Source: an uncultured Phycisphaerales bacterium (lineage in GTDB: Bacteria > Planctomycetota > Phycisphaerae > Tepidisphaerales > Tepidisphaeraceae). Taken from it: a DNA stretch of 64,000 nt. The position numbers and the translations under genes are program-made. The stretch is taken from NCBI GenBank assembly GCA_963844715.1, contig CAWJPJ010000001.1, positions 64,001 to 128,000 of the forward strand, read 5' to 3'. This document shows, piece after piece, positions 37,319-48,531 of this stretch (positions are counted from its first letter, which is position 1; every line of letters begins with the position of its first letter). The notes below the pieces were generated by a model that worked only from the letters and a program-made list of their open reading frames with translations, ran no database searches and had not been told where the DNA came from.

Positions 37319-37371
37319 ATTCGCGGGCAGGCTTGATTTTCCGACGCACCCCGTCACACTCCAGACCCTCG

Positions 37372-38153
37372 ATGAATCTGCTCGAAGTCACAAAACTGGT
37401 CAAGATTTACAACGATCGGACCGTCGTCAACGACGTCAGTTTCGTCCTACGCCAGCAGGAAGTTGTCGGCCTCCTGGGCCGAAACGGGGCCGGAAAAACC
37501 ACCACTTTCCGCATCATCCTCGGCATGATTGAGCCCAACAGCGGCGCGGTCGCCTTCGACGCCACCGACATCACTTTCATGCCCATGTACAAGCGGGCCC
37601 GACTCGGAATCGGCTATCTGTCCCAGGAACGCTCCGATTTCCGCAGGCTTTCCGTCTTCGATAACCTCCTGGCGATTCTCGAAACCCTCCCTATCTCCCG
37701 CCGCGAGCGGCATCGCCGCGCCGAAGCCCTCCTCGAGCATTACGGCCTGACCCGCCAACGCAAACAGAAAGCCGATACCCTCAGCGGCGGCGAACGCCGA
37801 AAACTCGAAATCGCCCGCGCCCTAGTCACCGACCCAAAGCTGATTCTCCTCGACGAACCCTTCAGCGGCGTGGACCCCATCGCCGTCGAAGAACTGCAAA
37901 ACGAAGTTCGCCGCCTCAAGGTTGAATTCGGAAAAAGCGTCCTGATTACCGATCACAACGTCGCCCAAACTCTGCGCGTGTGTGATCGCGCTCTCATAAT
38001 CAACGACGGCCATGTCTTTAAAGACGGCACCCCCAGCAGATCATCAACGACCCCGAAGTCCGCGGCGCCTATCTCGGCAACACATTCCGCGGCGACGAAT
38101 TCGATACCCCCGTCGAACCCGCGAAAAATCCGCTCACAGCCTCAAAAACGTAG
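37372..38153 (+). CDS. lptB: LPS export ABC transporter ATP-binding protein; apparent frameshift near ~38035
   Basis: GLLGRNGAGKTT, MPMYKRARLGIGYLSQE, LSGGERRKLEIARAL, LLDEPFSGVDPIAV, LITDHNV, then EVRGAYLG in the shifted frame. Confidence 0.93.
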
Positions 38154-38180
38154 ACTATCATCAACAGAACCCACGCGCCC

Positions 38181-39332
38181 ATGAAATCAGCACTCTTCGC
38201 ATTTTTCGCCGCTTTCTCGGGTCTTTTCGCCGCCAGCCCCCGCCGCCATCTCGCCGGATGCCCAAAAACTTCTCGACCAGATTCGAACCGCCTATCAATC
38301 CCTGCAAACGCTCACCGTCTCCGGCACGATTCAAGGCCAATTCGACATCGACGGCGAAAGCTCCGCCAACAGCTCCCAATTCACCGGCGATTACGACCAC
38401 GGCAAATTCCGCAACCAGGTCATCAATGACGCCCTCGTCGGAAACACCGGCAAGAATCTCTACCTCTATCTCCCCTCCGACAATCGCTACCTGGTCCGCG
38501 AACTGCCCAAGGATTCCGATCGTCTCGGCTCGGTCGATGTCGAAATCGCCGACGTCATCCGAAAACAGAATCCATCGCTCGCTCTGGCGCTGGCCGCCGA
38601 TGCGGCCGCCGAACTGATCGACGGAGCCACCGCCGTCGATCGCGCCGATCCCGTGCGTCTGGACGGCAAAACGCTTCCCGCGATCAAAATAATCCGCCCG
38701 GATCGCGACACCACCGTGGTGATCGACCCTTCCACGCATCTGCTCCTCATGCAGATTGTCGATCTAACCCGCCTCGCCCTTCAGCGCGGCGCTCACACCG
38801 TGAAAGCGGCCGTCATCACGACGCAAATGCACGAGCAGCCGGGAGCCGCGATCGATCCGGCTCGCTTCGCCTTCTCCCCGCCCGGCGCTCGGGCGCTCGA
38901 TGAAACCCCCGCCGAAGGCAATCCCGCCCCGCCGTTCTCCCTCACCTCACTGGACGGCACGCAGATTTCCGCCTCCGATCTGAAAGGGTCCGTGGTCGTG
39001 CTCGATTTCTGGGCCACCTGGTGCCCGCCATGCGTCGCTTCGTTGCCCAGGCTTGATGATCTCTTTCAGAATCTCAAAGACCCTTCCCTGAAGATATTTG
39101 CCGTCAACGAAGCGGAGGATAAGGAAACCGTCCGGAAGTTCATCGACTCCAAGAAGCTGACCGTCCCCGTGCTGCTGGATTCGGACGGTAAGGTAGGCGA
39201 ATCATTCGGCCGCAGGCCATTCCATACCTCGTCATCATTGGCAAGGACGGGCGAATAGCCAAGATTCACACTGGTCTCACGGATGAGGACATTATCCGCC
39301 ACGAAATCCAGGCCGCATTGGGCCAAAAATAA
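38181..39332 (+). CDS. Secreted protein with N-terminal LolA-like beta domain and C-terminal TlpA/ResA-type redoxin; apparent frameshifts near ~38240 and ~39210
   Basis: Signal peptide MKSALFAFFAA; VIDPSTHLL; APPFSLTSLDG...VVVLDFWATWCPPC, IPYLVIIGKDG. Confidence 0.8.
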
Positions 39333-39470
39333 GCCTATCTGAGCCGCCCCTTTTATCCCCCCATCCGGGCGCTGAGTCTTCGTCCTCGCAAAAGTGGCCA
39401 TCGTCACCAGCCGATGATCCGAGTGGATTGTCGAGTCATCCGGCTCGTTTTATGGGGCGTTGGATCAGCC

Positions 39471-40949
39471 ATGAATAAAGCGCTAGTCGAAAAGATTCGG
39501 CAATGCCCGAATCTCCCCTCCCTCCCCTCGGTCGCCGTCCAGGTTTTGGACCTGGCGGGAAAGGCCAACGTCGACATCGCCGAAATCGCCCGCGTCATCT
39601 CCAAGGACCCGGCCCTCTCCACGAAAATCCTCCGCACCGTCAACAGCAGCTTCTACGGCCGCAGCCAGCACGTCGGCACCATCAGCCACGCCCTGGTGAT
39701 CCTCGGCCTGCAATCCGTCAAAACGCTCGTCCTCGGGTTTTCCCTGGTGAGCAATCTCAGCAGCACAAAAACCAAGGGATTCCAGCACCTGCAATATTGG
39801 CGTCGCAGCATTTATTCCGCGACCGCCGCGCGAACCTTTGCCGCCAAGCTCAACGTCGTGCAGCAGGAAGAAGCCTTCCTGGCCGCGCTGTTGCAGGACA
39901 TCGGCATGCTCGTCCTGTCGCAGGTTCTTGGTCAGCAATACAGCGACATCTGCGAGCGCGGCGCGACGCATCTGGCGGTGGTTGAAGCCGAAGCAGCCCA
40001 GCTCGGCATGACCCACGCCGACGTCGGCGCCCTGCTCACCGAACAATGGAAACTGCCGCCCCTGCTCGTCACTCCGATCCGCGCCAGTCACGGCGTCCAG
40101 GTCGTACACGACCCGGGTCTGCGCGTTTTGGCCGATTTGGTGCAACTCTCCGGCCGATGCGCCGATGTCTTTGTCGAGGAATCCGCCGCCGCTTCGATCC
40201 AGCAGGTTCGCGCTTTTTGCGCTGAGCGATACAAGATGGACGAGTCCACCTGCGACCAGGTCCTCCAGGAGATTGCCGCCAAGACCAAGGAAGTCGCCTC
40301 GCTCTTTGAAATCAATATCGGCGCCGCGGCGGATTTTGAATCCATTCTGAAGAAGGCCAATGAAGCCCTGGTCGAACTGACGCTCCAATCCCAAATGCAT
40401 GCCACGCAGCTCCAGGAACAAAATCATGCCCTCAAAAAACAGGCCACGACCGACGCCCTCACCGGCCTGAACAACCGCGCCACCTTCGACGAATTCTTCA
40501 TCCAGACTTTCGAAGGCGCTCGGCAGAATGGAAAACCGCTGACCCTGCTCATGATGGACGTGGACAAATTCAAATCCATCAACGATCGCTTCGGTCACCA
40601 GGCCGGCGATCAGGTCCTCACCGCTTTGGGTAAACTTGTTCTCAGCGCCGCCCGCACCAGCGACATGGCCGCACGCTACGGCGGAGAAGAAATGGTCCTC
40701 ATTCTTCCCGGCACGACGCGCCCGTCGGAACCGCCATCGCGGATACCATTCGCCGCGCCGTCGCCGCCCAGCCCATCGTGATCGCCGGCGCAAATCCCCG
40801 TCACCATCAGCATCGGCGTCGCCACATTCGATCCCACCGGCCCCCTTCGCGAGGCAACCCAACTCCTCAAAGCCGCCGACATGGCCGTCTACGCCGCCAA
40901 ACACGGCGGCCGAAACTGCGTCAAAGTCTTCTCCGTCAAAGCCGCCTAA
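39471..40949 (+). CDS. HDOD-GGDEF diguanylate cyclase; apparent frameshifts near ~40720-40790
   Basis: LPSLP, DPALSTKILRTVNSSFYG (HDOD); TDALTGLNNR, DVDKFKSINDRFGHQAGD, RYGGEEM, AD.AVY.AK..GRN. Confidence 0.92.
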
Positions 40950-42897
40950 ACCGATCCCGCGCACCAATTCTTCCAAATTTCCCGATATGCCCCCTCCACA
41001 TCCCGGGCAAATTGAGCCGCGTCCAAAATCGGACTGGATTTCATCTTTTCTCGTAGATTCGATCTCATCGCTTTGAGCTTCGGAACATCTCCCGCCAAGC
41101 TTGCGGCGATCTGGACGTACTCCTGCGGACTCTTGGCAATCAGTTCCCCCGTCCCAAGATTGCTTAGAACACTTGCCCCCAATCTTTGACAATGCACCGA
41201 TCCGGCGAGGGTCACCACCGGCAATCCCATCCAAAGAGCATGGCACGTCACCGTATGCCCGTTCACAGGAAACGTATCCAAATAAATGTCCACTTGATGA
41301 TGCAGGGAGAAGTATTCCGACAGGGGACGCTTGCCCATCAAATCGAGCCGAGTCGGATCGATTCCCCTCCTTTCGAAGTGGCTTCGAATCTCTCTTTGGA
41401 GATCGTTTGATTGCAATCCACCGGCCGCGATGAGCAGGCGCGATGTCGGAACCTGAATCAGAATCTCCGCCCAGCAATCCAGAAGATTGGGGGGAAGTTT
41501 TCCCAATGTCGTGAAACAGGCGAACGTGACTCGGCCATAAGTTACCGCGGGCAGAGGCGAGACTTCCGTCGCCTCCGCTGGCGGGCGGTAGCAGGCAAAG
41601 GTCCGGGGCAATCTCAATAGCTTTTCGCTGTGATACTTCTCCGTCTGACCCAGGGGATCGGCGTAGATGTCCGTCATTCGATAATCGATAGCCGTCAGAC
41701 CCGTCGTATCCGGGTAGCCGAGGTAGGTGATTTGAACCGGGGCGGGTTTGCGGGCGAAGACCAGAAGTCGGTTGCCTGCCGTGTGGCCTGCGAGGTCCAC
41801 GAGGATATCGATCTGGTCCTGCCGGATCATCCGCGCGACTTCGACGTCGCTCTTGCCATAGATTGATCGCCACTGATGGATCGACTGCTGCAATCTTCGC
41901 GTCACGGCGTCCGGCTGACCGACGTCCGCGTAGGCGAAGACTTCGACTTGCTGGGGATCGTGGTAATCGAGGAGGTTTTCAAGAAAGAACGCCACCGAAT
42001 GGAGGCGGAAATCGGAGGAGACATAGCCGATTTTCAGGCGGCGGTTTGGGTCGCGGTCGTTAGTCGGCGGCAAGATCTCTCTCGCCAACGGCCGCGAGAA
42101 CCGTCTGTCCCAGTCGACATGTTCCTGGAAAATTTCCTCGGGGCCGCGCCCGGAACAAAATGCAGCGCCCACAAAAGATTGTCCGCCACAAACGGCACAT
42201 GCCGAATCTGCCCCAGCACCTCGACGGCTTGCGCCGCCCGCCCCATTCCCAACAGCGCCTGCCCCAAATTCGATTGCGCGTCGACCGAATCCGGCTGGAT
42301 CGCCAGCGCTCGCCGATAAACCTCAATCGCCTCGGCATACCGATCCTCCTCAAGAAGACACGTCCCAAGATTATTCAGGGCCTGCGAGCTCGGGCTGATC
42401 TCCGCCGCCTTGCGGAAACATTCCATCGCCTCGCCGCCCCGGCCGACCGTACGCAGCGCGTCCCCCAGATTGAACCACGCCCCGCCGTAATCCGGCTTCA
42501 GTTTCACCGCGCATTGATAGGCTTCGACCGCCCGCGGCCCCTGCCCCATCGTCGCCAGGGCGCAACCCAGATTAAACCAGGCCTCCGGCCAATCCGGCCG
42601 CATCGCGATCGCCGTCTGACACGAATTCGCCGCCTCTCCCGCAAGCGAAAGTTTGAGTAGTGCCACCGCCAGATTCAGATGAAAATCCGCGCGCTTACTA
42701 TCCAGCGCGATCGCGCGCCGAATAAGTTGCACCGCCTCCCGTGCCCGATCCGTTTGAATGAGCAGCGTCCCCAGCAGATGCCACGCCTCGGCGTTTGCCC
42801 CGTCGGCCGCCACCACTTGCCGATAGATCGCCTCGGCCTCATCCAGCCGCCCGGCGCGATGCAACTCCGCCGCCTGACTCAGAAGCGCCGAACTCAT
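40946..42897 (-). CDS. TPR-repeat SPINDLY/GT41-family O-glycosyltransferase (copy 2); apparent frameshift near ~42140
   Basis: TPRs, LKIGYVSSDFRLHSV, LVDLAGHT, KPAPVQITYLGYPDTTG, LDTFPVNGHTVTCHALWMG. Confidence 0.92.
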
Positions 42898-44541
42898 CGC
42901 AAGCTCCACACCCGTCGAAATTCCCTCTCCAAATCGCGAGCGATCCCATCGCCGTCCATCAATGGCGATCCAGCCATCCTCTCTCGCAGCGATGCCCGCA
43001 GCTCCTCCAATCCACTTATGCCCGCCGCCTTTTGCACATATTCCTCTTCAGAACTCGCCGCCAGTTCCGCCAATCCAAGATTCGTCAGCAAACTGAACCC
43101 CACGTGGCTGGCGTGAGTCTTCCCCGTCAACGTCACCACCGGCACACCCATCCACATTGCCTCGCACGTCGTCGTCGTCCCGTTGTAAGGATACGTATCC
43201 AGCGCGACATCCATCTCGCCATAGGCCTTCAGATGCTCATGAATCGTCGCGGATTTGCCCCGAAGATCGATCCGCGAGGCGTCGATGCCGGCGGATGTGA
43301 ATCGCCGCAGAAACTCCTCGCGCATCTGCGCATCGCTCAACCCCGCATTCTTGATCAGCAGCCGGCCCTTGGGAACGGCCTGGAGAATCCGAACCCACAA
43401 ATCTGTCACCTTTTGGTTCATTTTGGCCAGATTATTGAACGAACCGAAGGTGATAAACCCATTGCTTTTAGCCGGCAATGGCGAAACTTCCGGCGCATCC
43501 GCCGGGGCCCGATAGCACACAAAACTCCTCGATAATCGGATCAGCTTTTCCCTGTAATATCCGTCGGTCATCCCGACAGGATCGGCGTAGTTATCCGTCA
43601 ATCGGTAATCCATCGCCGAGAGACCGGAAGTATCCGGATAACCCAAATACGTGATCTGAATCGGAGCAGGCCTGCGCAAAAACCATCAATCGATTTCCCG
43701 CCGTATGCCCAGCCAGATCGACCAGAATATCGATCTTATCCTTGCGAATCATTTCGGAAAGATTTTGATCGCTGATTCCCGTGACATTTCGCCACTGACC
43801 GAAGAGCTTTTGCAATCGCGCCGTCATCGCATCACTCTTTGCCAAATCGGCGTACCCGAAGATTTCCACCACGTTCGGATCATGCGCCGCGAGCAAATTC
43901 TCTAGAAAAAACCCAACCGAATGCTCCCGAAAATCCGGCGACACATACCCCACGCGCAATCGTCGTTTCGGATCGCGATCCACTTCCAGCGGCTTATTCT
44001 GATTTGCCGGCGGTCGGGCAAACAGCTCATCCCACTTCCGATGTTCCGCGAAAACCTCCGCCGGATCGGCATCGGCCAAGCAATGCATCGCAAAAAGCAT
44101 GTTACTCACCGCGTCCCGATCCTCGGGACGAAGCGCCTGCGCGGTGCGATACAGCGCGATCGCCTCATCCGCGCGCCCCATGTCCCGCAATCCGTTGGCG
44201 AGATTGAAATACGGCTCGAAATAATCCGGCCGCAGCGCGATCGCCTCGCGAAAATGCGAATTGGCCTCGGCGTGTTTCCCCTCCTGAGACAGAATTACGC
44301 CCAGATTGCAGTGATAAACCGCGTGCCGCGGATTGATCGCCAGCGCCCGGCCGATCAGCTCAAGCCCCTCTCCCGGATTACCAAGCTGAAAACGAATCAC
44401 CCCCAGCAGATGCATCACATCCGGCTGATTCGGCGACGCCGCCAGAATTTCCCGATAGGTCTTTTCAGCCTCGCCAAGCTTCCCGGCCCGATGCAATTGT
44501 CCGGCCAGGTCGAGCTTCTGCTGAAGTGTGACATCCGACAT
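42894..44541 (-). CDS. TPR-repeat SPINDLY/GT41-family O-glycosyltransferase (copy 3); apparent frameshift near ~43670
   Basis: About 4 TPRs, LRVGYVSPDFREHSV, DLAGHT, TFGSFNNLAK, LDTYPYNGTTTTCEAMWMGVPV; ATGA overlap with copy 2. Confidence 0.92.
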
Positions 44542-44560
44542 GGAAAAAGAGGGGTGCTAC

Positions 44561-46216
44561 CTAGAACTCTTCATGCTCCACATGATCGCGCTGCGTATCG
44601 GCGATTCCACGATACTGATGAATCGAAAGATCGTCCACATTATGCAACACAATATTCGGCCGCCCCGGGGCATGCGGCGCCTTGATATGCGTCAAATCCA
44701 CATCCTTCACGTCGTCCAGGTAATACGCCGGCCGCATGTCTTCCTTGAGCGTGCTCATGTCGATATCCGTCAGGTCGATCCCCGTGACGTGCCGGATGAA
44801 AAATCCGTACGACGGCATCCCCCGAAATCGCGACGGCTCGGGATAGTCCTTCGCCTGCTCCTCGGGCCGCGTCGCGGCTTGCGCCAGCGTCACCCCGCCG
44901 GGATACTGAATCTGCACGTTGCTGATGTGCAAATCCTCGATGTCATGCCCCGGCACCCCAGTAATCAGCGCCGCAAAACGCCCCGCCATATTCGTGATAT
45001 TGATATTGCTGATCTGCACGCGCCGGATCGCCCCCATGGAAGTCTGATCCGCCGGCCCGCGCAAGCGCTCGCCCAGGCGGATGAAGATCGGATTGTTCAC
45101 CACATCCCGCATCGTGATGTTGGAGATTACCACGTCCTCGATGATCGCCCCGTCCACGCTCTCCAGCGCCAGCCCCCCGCAGTAATCGACCACGCAGTTG
45201 GATATGGCGATGTTCTTGAATCCGCCGTTGGATTCCGTCCCGAATTTGATCCGGCCGGTTCGCGCCGCGTGCCGGTCCGGGCTGTAATCGAGTCCGATCC
45301 GCTTATACGTGCCATCGATCATCGTCCCTTCTTCATACCCGCCGGTGACGAAGCAATTGGTGATGGTCACGTTTTCCGTCGCGCGGTTATACCCCGGCCC
45401 AAAGCTGCTCTTGAGGCACAACCCGTCATCCCACGGCGAATTGATGCTGCAATTGGAAACCCGCACGTTCCGGCAGCAATCGATATCCATCCCGTCCCGA
45501 TCCGTATCGATCTTCACGTTATCGATCGTGAAATTATCCACCGCCGTCGCCAGCAGCGCAAAGTGCCCGCCATTCAAAATCGAAATGTCGCGCAGGATCA
45601 CGTTCTTGCAGTTCTTCAGCGCGATTGTCTTGTTCCCCACACCCGCCGGCAGCGCATCTTTCGGATCGGGATACACCGGCTCCGGCGAAGGTTTCGTCGT
45701 CGAGTCCACCGCCGCATCCTGATCCAGCCCGTACGGCAGGAATTTCCGCTCGGGATGCAAATTCGCCCCGTGACTCAAACCCCTCCCCCAGATCAACCCC
45801 GGCCCTTCGATCGCCACGTTTGATAAATCCTCACCCCAGAACAAACTGTTGTGCCAGTGGCTGTGCCCGAAATCCATGTAATGATCCCATGCAAACGGCT
45901 CCGGCGGATCGTACTGACCCGCCTTATCCGTCCCGGCGGCAAGCACCATCGCCCCCTGATCGAGATAAATCGTCGTATTGCTCTTCAGGTGGATCGAATA
46001 ACAAAGATAAGTCCCCGCCGAAAAACGCACGGTCCCCCCGCCCGCGTCCGAAGCGGCGGCAATCGCGCTATTGACCGCGTCCGTATCGAGCGTTTGCCCA
46101 TCCCCTTTGGCGCCAAACGCGCGCACACTGTAGATTTCCGACGTAGCCTGGCATCCCCCCAACAACGACACAACGAGCAGCAGCAGCGACCAGCGCTGCC
46201 TCAGCGATTTCATCAT
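44561..46216 (-). CDS. Glycoside hydrolase family 28 (polygalacturonase-like) lipoprotein
   Basis: Lipobox LLGGC, FGAKGDG..DT.A, RDGMDIDCC, DDGLCLKSS, RIKFGTESNGG. Confidence 0.92.
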   Translation of the reverse strand: MMKSLRQRWSLLLLVVSLLGGCQATSEIYSVRAFGAKGDGQTLDTDAVNSAIAAASDAGGGTVRFSAGTYLCYSIHLKSNTTIYLDQGAMVLAAGTDKAGQYDPPEPFAWDHYMDFGHSHWHNSLFWGEDLSNVAIEGPGLIWGRGLSHGANLHPERKFLPYGLDQDAAVDSTTKPSPEPVYPDPKDALPAGVGNKTIALKNCKNVILRDISILNGGHFALLATAVDNFTIDNVKIDTDRDGMDIDCCRNVRVSNCSINSPWDDGLCLKSSFGPGYNRATENVTITNCFVTGGYEEGTMIDGTYKRIGLDYSPDRHAARTGRIKFGTESNGGFKNIAISNCVVDYCGGLALESVDGAIIEDVVISNITMRDVVNNPIFIRLGERLRGPADQTSMGAIRRVQISNINITNMAGRFAALITGVPGHDIEDLHISNVQIQYPGGVTLAQAATRPEEQAKDYPEPSRFRGMPSYGFFIRHVTGIDLTDIDMSTLKEDMRPAYYLDDVKDVDLTHIKAPHAPGRPNIVLHNVDDLSIHQYRGIADTQRDHVEHEEF

Positions 46217-46249
46217 AGGGTTGGTTCCTGTCGAAGGTTCAGGAGGGAA

Positions 46250-46279
46250 AGTATACGTGAAGCGTCCCCGGGCGCACAA
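46250..46279 (-). promoter_or_regulatory. Putative promoter of the GH28 gene (duplicated at 54494-54523)
   Basis: Minus strand TTGTGC-N18-TATACT, ~35 nt upstream of the GH28 ATG; identical in both repeat copies. Confidence 0.5.
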
Positions 46280-46325
46280 TTCGTGCGACCGGCCGCAATA
46301 CGCGAAATGATGGTTTCCGCGAAAC

Positions 46326-46510
46326 TTAGGCGGCTCTGCCGCGCAACCCGCGCCGGATTAATCCAATCGCCGCCAGGCCGCCCAGCATGCCCAGACCCGC
46401 CCAATCAGCCGCCGGAAGAGGAACCGCCGTCGATCCTCCGCCCGTCCCGGTGCCGGTCGGATTGAAGAAATCGAAATAGGCGCAGTTGAGGAGATACGTA
46501 TTTTCGGAAG
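46326..46510 (-). pseudogene. Orphan 3' fragment of the lectin/VPLPA-CTERM gene
   Basis: Reads SENTYLLNCAYFDFFNPTGTGTGGGSTAVPLPAADWAGLGMLGGLAAIGLIRRGLRGRAA*; in-frame stop just upstream (~46545) and no start codon. Confidence 0.88.
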
Positions 46511-46576
46511 CTTTTTCGTAAAGCCAGATATGAGTCCTTGACCGTTAGGGAACGCGACCGTACCGTCTGAGCCGTC

Positions 46577-46972
46577 GTGCTGAGTTTTCGCCATTTCATT
46601 TCCGCGGCGATTACGACTGTCCTACTGGCCGGCGGTGTTCCCTGTTTGACTTGTTCGCCCGCTGTCTGTGCGGCAAGCACGGAATGTGCATCTGTTCACT
46701 GCAATCGCTGCGGGCAAAACTGTCCCATGTCGAAAACTTCTCATGAATCGCACAAGCACGACGCCAATTGCAAGCAACAATGCCCGCCGATCACCGCCGA
46801 CAGGGTGGTAACGAACAGCAATTCGCAGTCATTTGCCGTGGCGATGTTGTCCGTTGCTGAAGTGCAGCCTTTTCTCTTCGGATACACAAGTTCCTGCGCC
46901 CCTTCGATCCGTCAGTCTGTTATCGCGCACCCCCCCTCACTTCTTAGCTTAAATTGCCAGCTGACGATCTGA
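46577..46972 (+). CDS. Small Cys/His-rich secreted or membrane-anchored protein upstream of the efflux operon (possible metal-sensing leader)
   Basis: Hydrophobic N-terminus, CLTC, HCNRC..CP, HESHKH, CKQQCPP, C-terminal HPPSLLSLNCQLTI. Confidence 0.7.
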   Translation: MLSFRHFISAAITTVLLAGGVPCLTCSPAVCAASTECASVHCNRCGQNCPMSKTSHESHKHDANCKQQCPPITADRVVTNSNSQSFAVAMLSVAEVQPFLFGYTSSCAPSIRQSVIAHPPSLLSLNCQLTI

Positions 46973-47073
46973 TTCCCTCCAAAACCTGACCACGATTGCA
47001 TCTCGCGATTCCGCCGTATCGGCGTGAATGTGCGCCTCTTTTTCAAACCGAAGTTCTCATTGCGCAGAATCCC

Positions 47074-48531
47074 ATGAAAACAATTGTCATTGTGGCATCC
47101 ACCATCGTTTTGACCTTAGCGGCTGTATTTGCGGTGCAAACCATCTCCGGGAAATTGCACCCAAAGAGCGAGTTGACGGCGGTGGCTGCTTCAACCGCTC
47201 AGCCCAGGCAACTATGGACATGTGGGATGCACCCCCAGGTCATCCAGGATCATCCAGGCTTTTGCCCCATCTGTCACATGAGGCTCGTGCCGTTGAACAT
47301 GGATTCCTCCGCCGGCGCGGGAAATTCCGCCGGAGAACAACGGAAAATCCTTTACTACTGGGATCCCATGTTGGGGCCTTCGTCCATCGCGCATGTCACC
47401 GGCAAGAGCGCGATGGGCATGGACTTGGTGCCCGTCTATGAGGACGAGCAATCCGCCGGTCCGACGGTCACAATTGATCCGACAATCGTTCAGAACATGG
47501 GGGTCCGAACCGCCGAAGTCTCTCGCGGGCCGTTGGCGAAAACGGTGCGGGCGGTGGGAATTCTGGAAGTTCCCGAGCCGGGGCAATACGACATTAACCT
47601 CAAGATCAATGGCTGGATCAAGAAGCTCTACGCCGATCAGGAGGGGATGCACGTCCATAGGGGCGACGTGCTTTTTGACCTATACAGCCCCGATCTACAG
47701 GTTGCGGAAGAGGAGTTGATCGGGGCTGTCAAATCGCTCAAGTCCCTCGATCCAAACGCGTCGAATGCGTTGCGGTCAGAGTCACAAGACCTGGTCGCCT
47801 CAGCGAAACAAAAGTTGCGGCTGTGGGATGTCGCCGACGAAGACATTGCGGGGATTGCCCAGGCGACGCAAGCGCCCGAGACGGTTCCATTCCGCAGCCC
47901 GGCGAACGGCGATGTGATCGACAAAATGGTGGTTCAAGGTTCGGCCGTTCAGGCAGGCATGAAAGTGATGCGGATCGAAGACCACACGAAACTGTGGCTC
48001 GACGCCCAGGTGTACGAAGACGACATCCCGCTGGTTGCTCTCGGCCAAACCGTGCAGGCAACGGTCGAAGCTTCGCCCGGCAAGACATTTTCCGGCCCCA
48101 TCACATTCATTTATCCCCATCTGGATCACATGAGCCGTACGGTTACGGTTCGCGTCACCCTTGATAATCCAAACCATGAACTCAGCCCCGGCATGTATGC
48201 CACCGCGAATATCCTAACCCAACCCGTGTCGGACGCGGTGTTGGTCCCGCGCGAGGCAGTGATTGACACCGGTACCCGGCAGATCGCCTTTGTGGCCTTG
48301 GCGGAGGGTCACTTCGAGCCGCGAAAGGTTCGTATGGGCGTGATGGGCGACGACGATCGCGTGCAAATTCTGGAAGGATTGGCACCCGGAGAAACAGTGG
48401 TGACCAGTGGCCAATTCTTGCTCGATGTCGAAAGCCGCACAACGGAAGCAATCGACAAGCTGCGTCGGTCCTCTGCCAGTCCCATCGAACAGGCCGCTCC
48501 GGGCCAGGAACTCCTGCATCCGGTCAATTAA
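47074..48531 (+). CDS. cusB: CusB-like RND periplasmic adaptor with N-terminal heavy-metal-binding domains
   Basis: WTCGMHPQVIQDHPGFCPICHM.LVP, YYWDPM..GKSAMGMDLVPVY, QNMGVRT, YSPDL, FIYP.LD, PGMYA, VTSGQFLLD.ES. Confidence 0.9.
   Translation: MKTIVIVASTIVLTLAAVFAVQTISGKLHPKSELTAVAASTAQPRQLWTCGMHPQVIQDHPGFCPICHMRLVPLNMDSSAGAGNSAGEQRKILYYWDPMLGPSSIAHVTGKSAMGMDLVPVYEDEQSAGPTVTIDPTIVQNMGVRTAEVSRGPLAKTVRAVGILEVPEPGQYDINLKINGWIKKLYADQEGMHVHRGDVLFDLYSPDLQVAEEELIGAVKSLKSLDPNASNALRSESQDLVASAKQKLRLWDVADEDIAGIAQATQAPETVPFRSPANGDVIDKMVVQGSAVQAGMKVMRIEDHTKLWLDAQVYEDDIPLVALGQTVQATVEASPGKTFSGPITFIYPHLDHMSRTVTVRVTLDNPNHELSPGMYATANILTQPVSDAVLVPREAVIDTGTRQIAFVALAEGHFEPRKVRMGVMGDDDRVQILEGLAPGETVVTSGQFLLDVESRTTEAIDKLRRSSASPIEQAAPGQELLHPVN

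Larger units (their letters stand above)
46219..46510. repeat. Left copy of a 292-bp direct repeat flanking the metal-efflux island
   Basis: Ungapped alignment to 54463-54754 at offset 8244; about 40 mismatches by hand count (~86% identity), 71-bp perfect core at 46366-46436. Confidence 0.95.

Noticed and set aside
36850..37370. Possible replication origin
   Set aside because: Only two perfect DnaA boxes, no dnaA/dnaN/parAB nearby, and spot counts show a C-rich plus strand on both sides. Kept only as a low-scoring regulatory finding.
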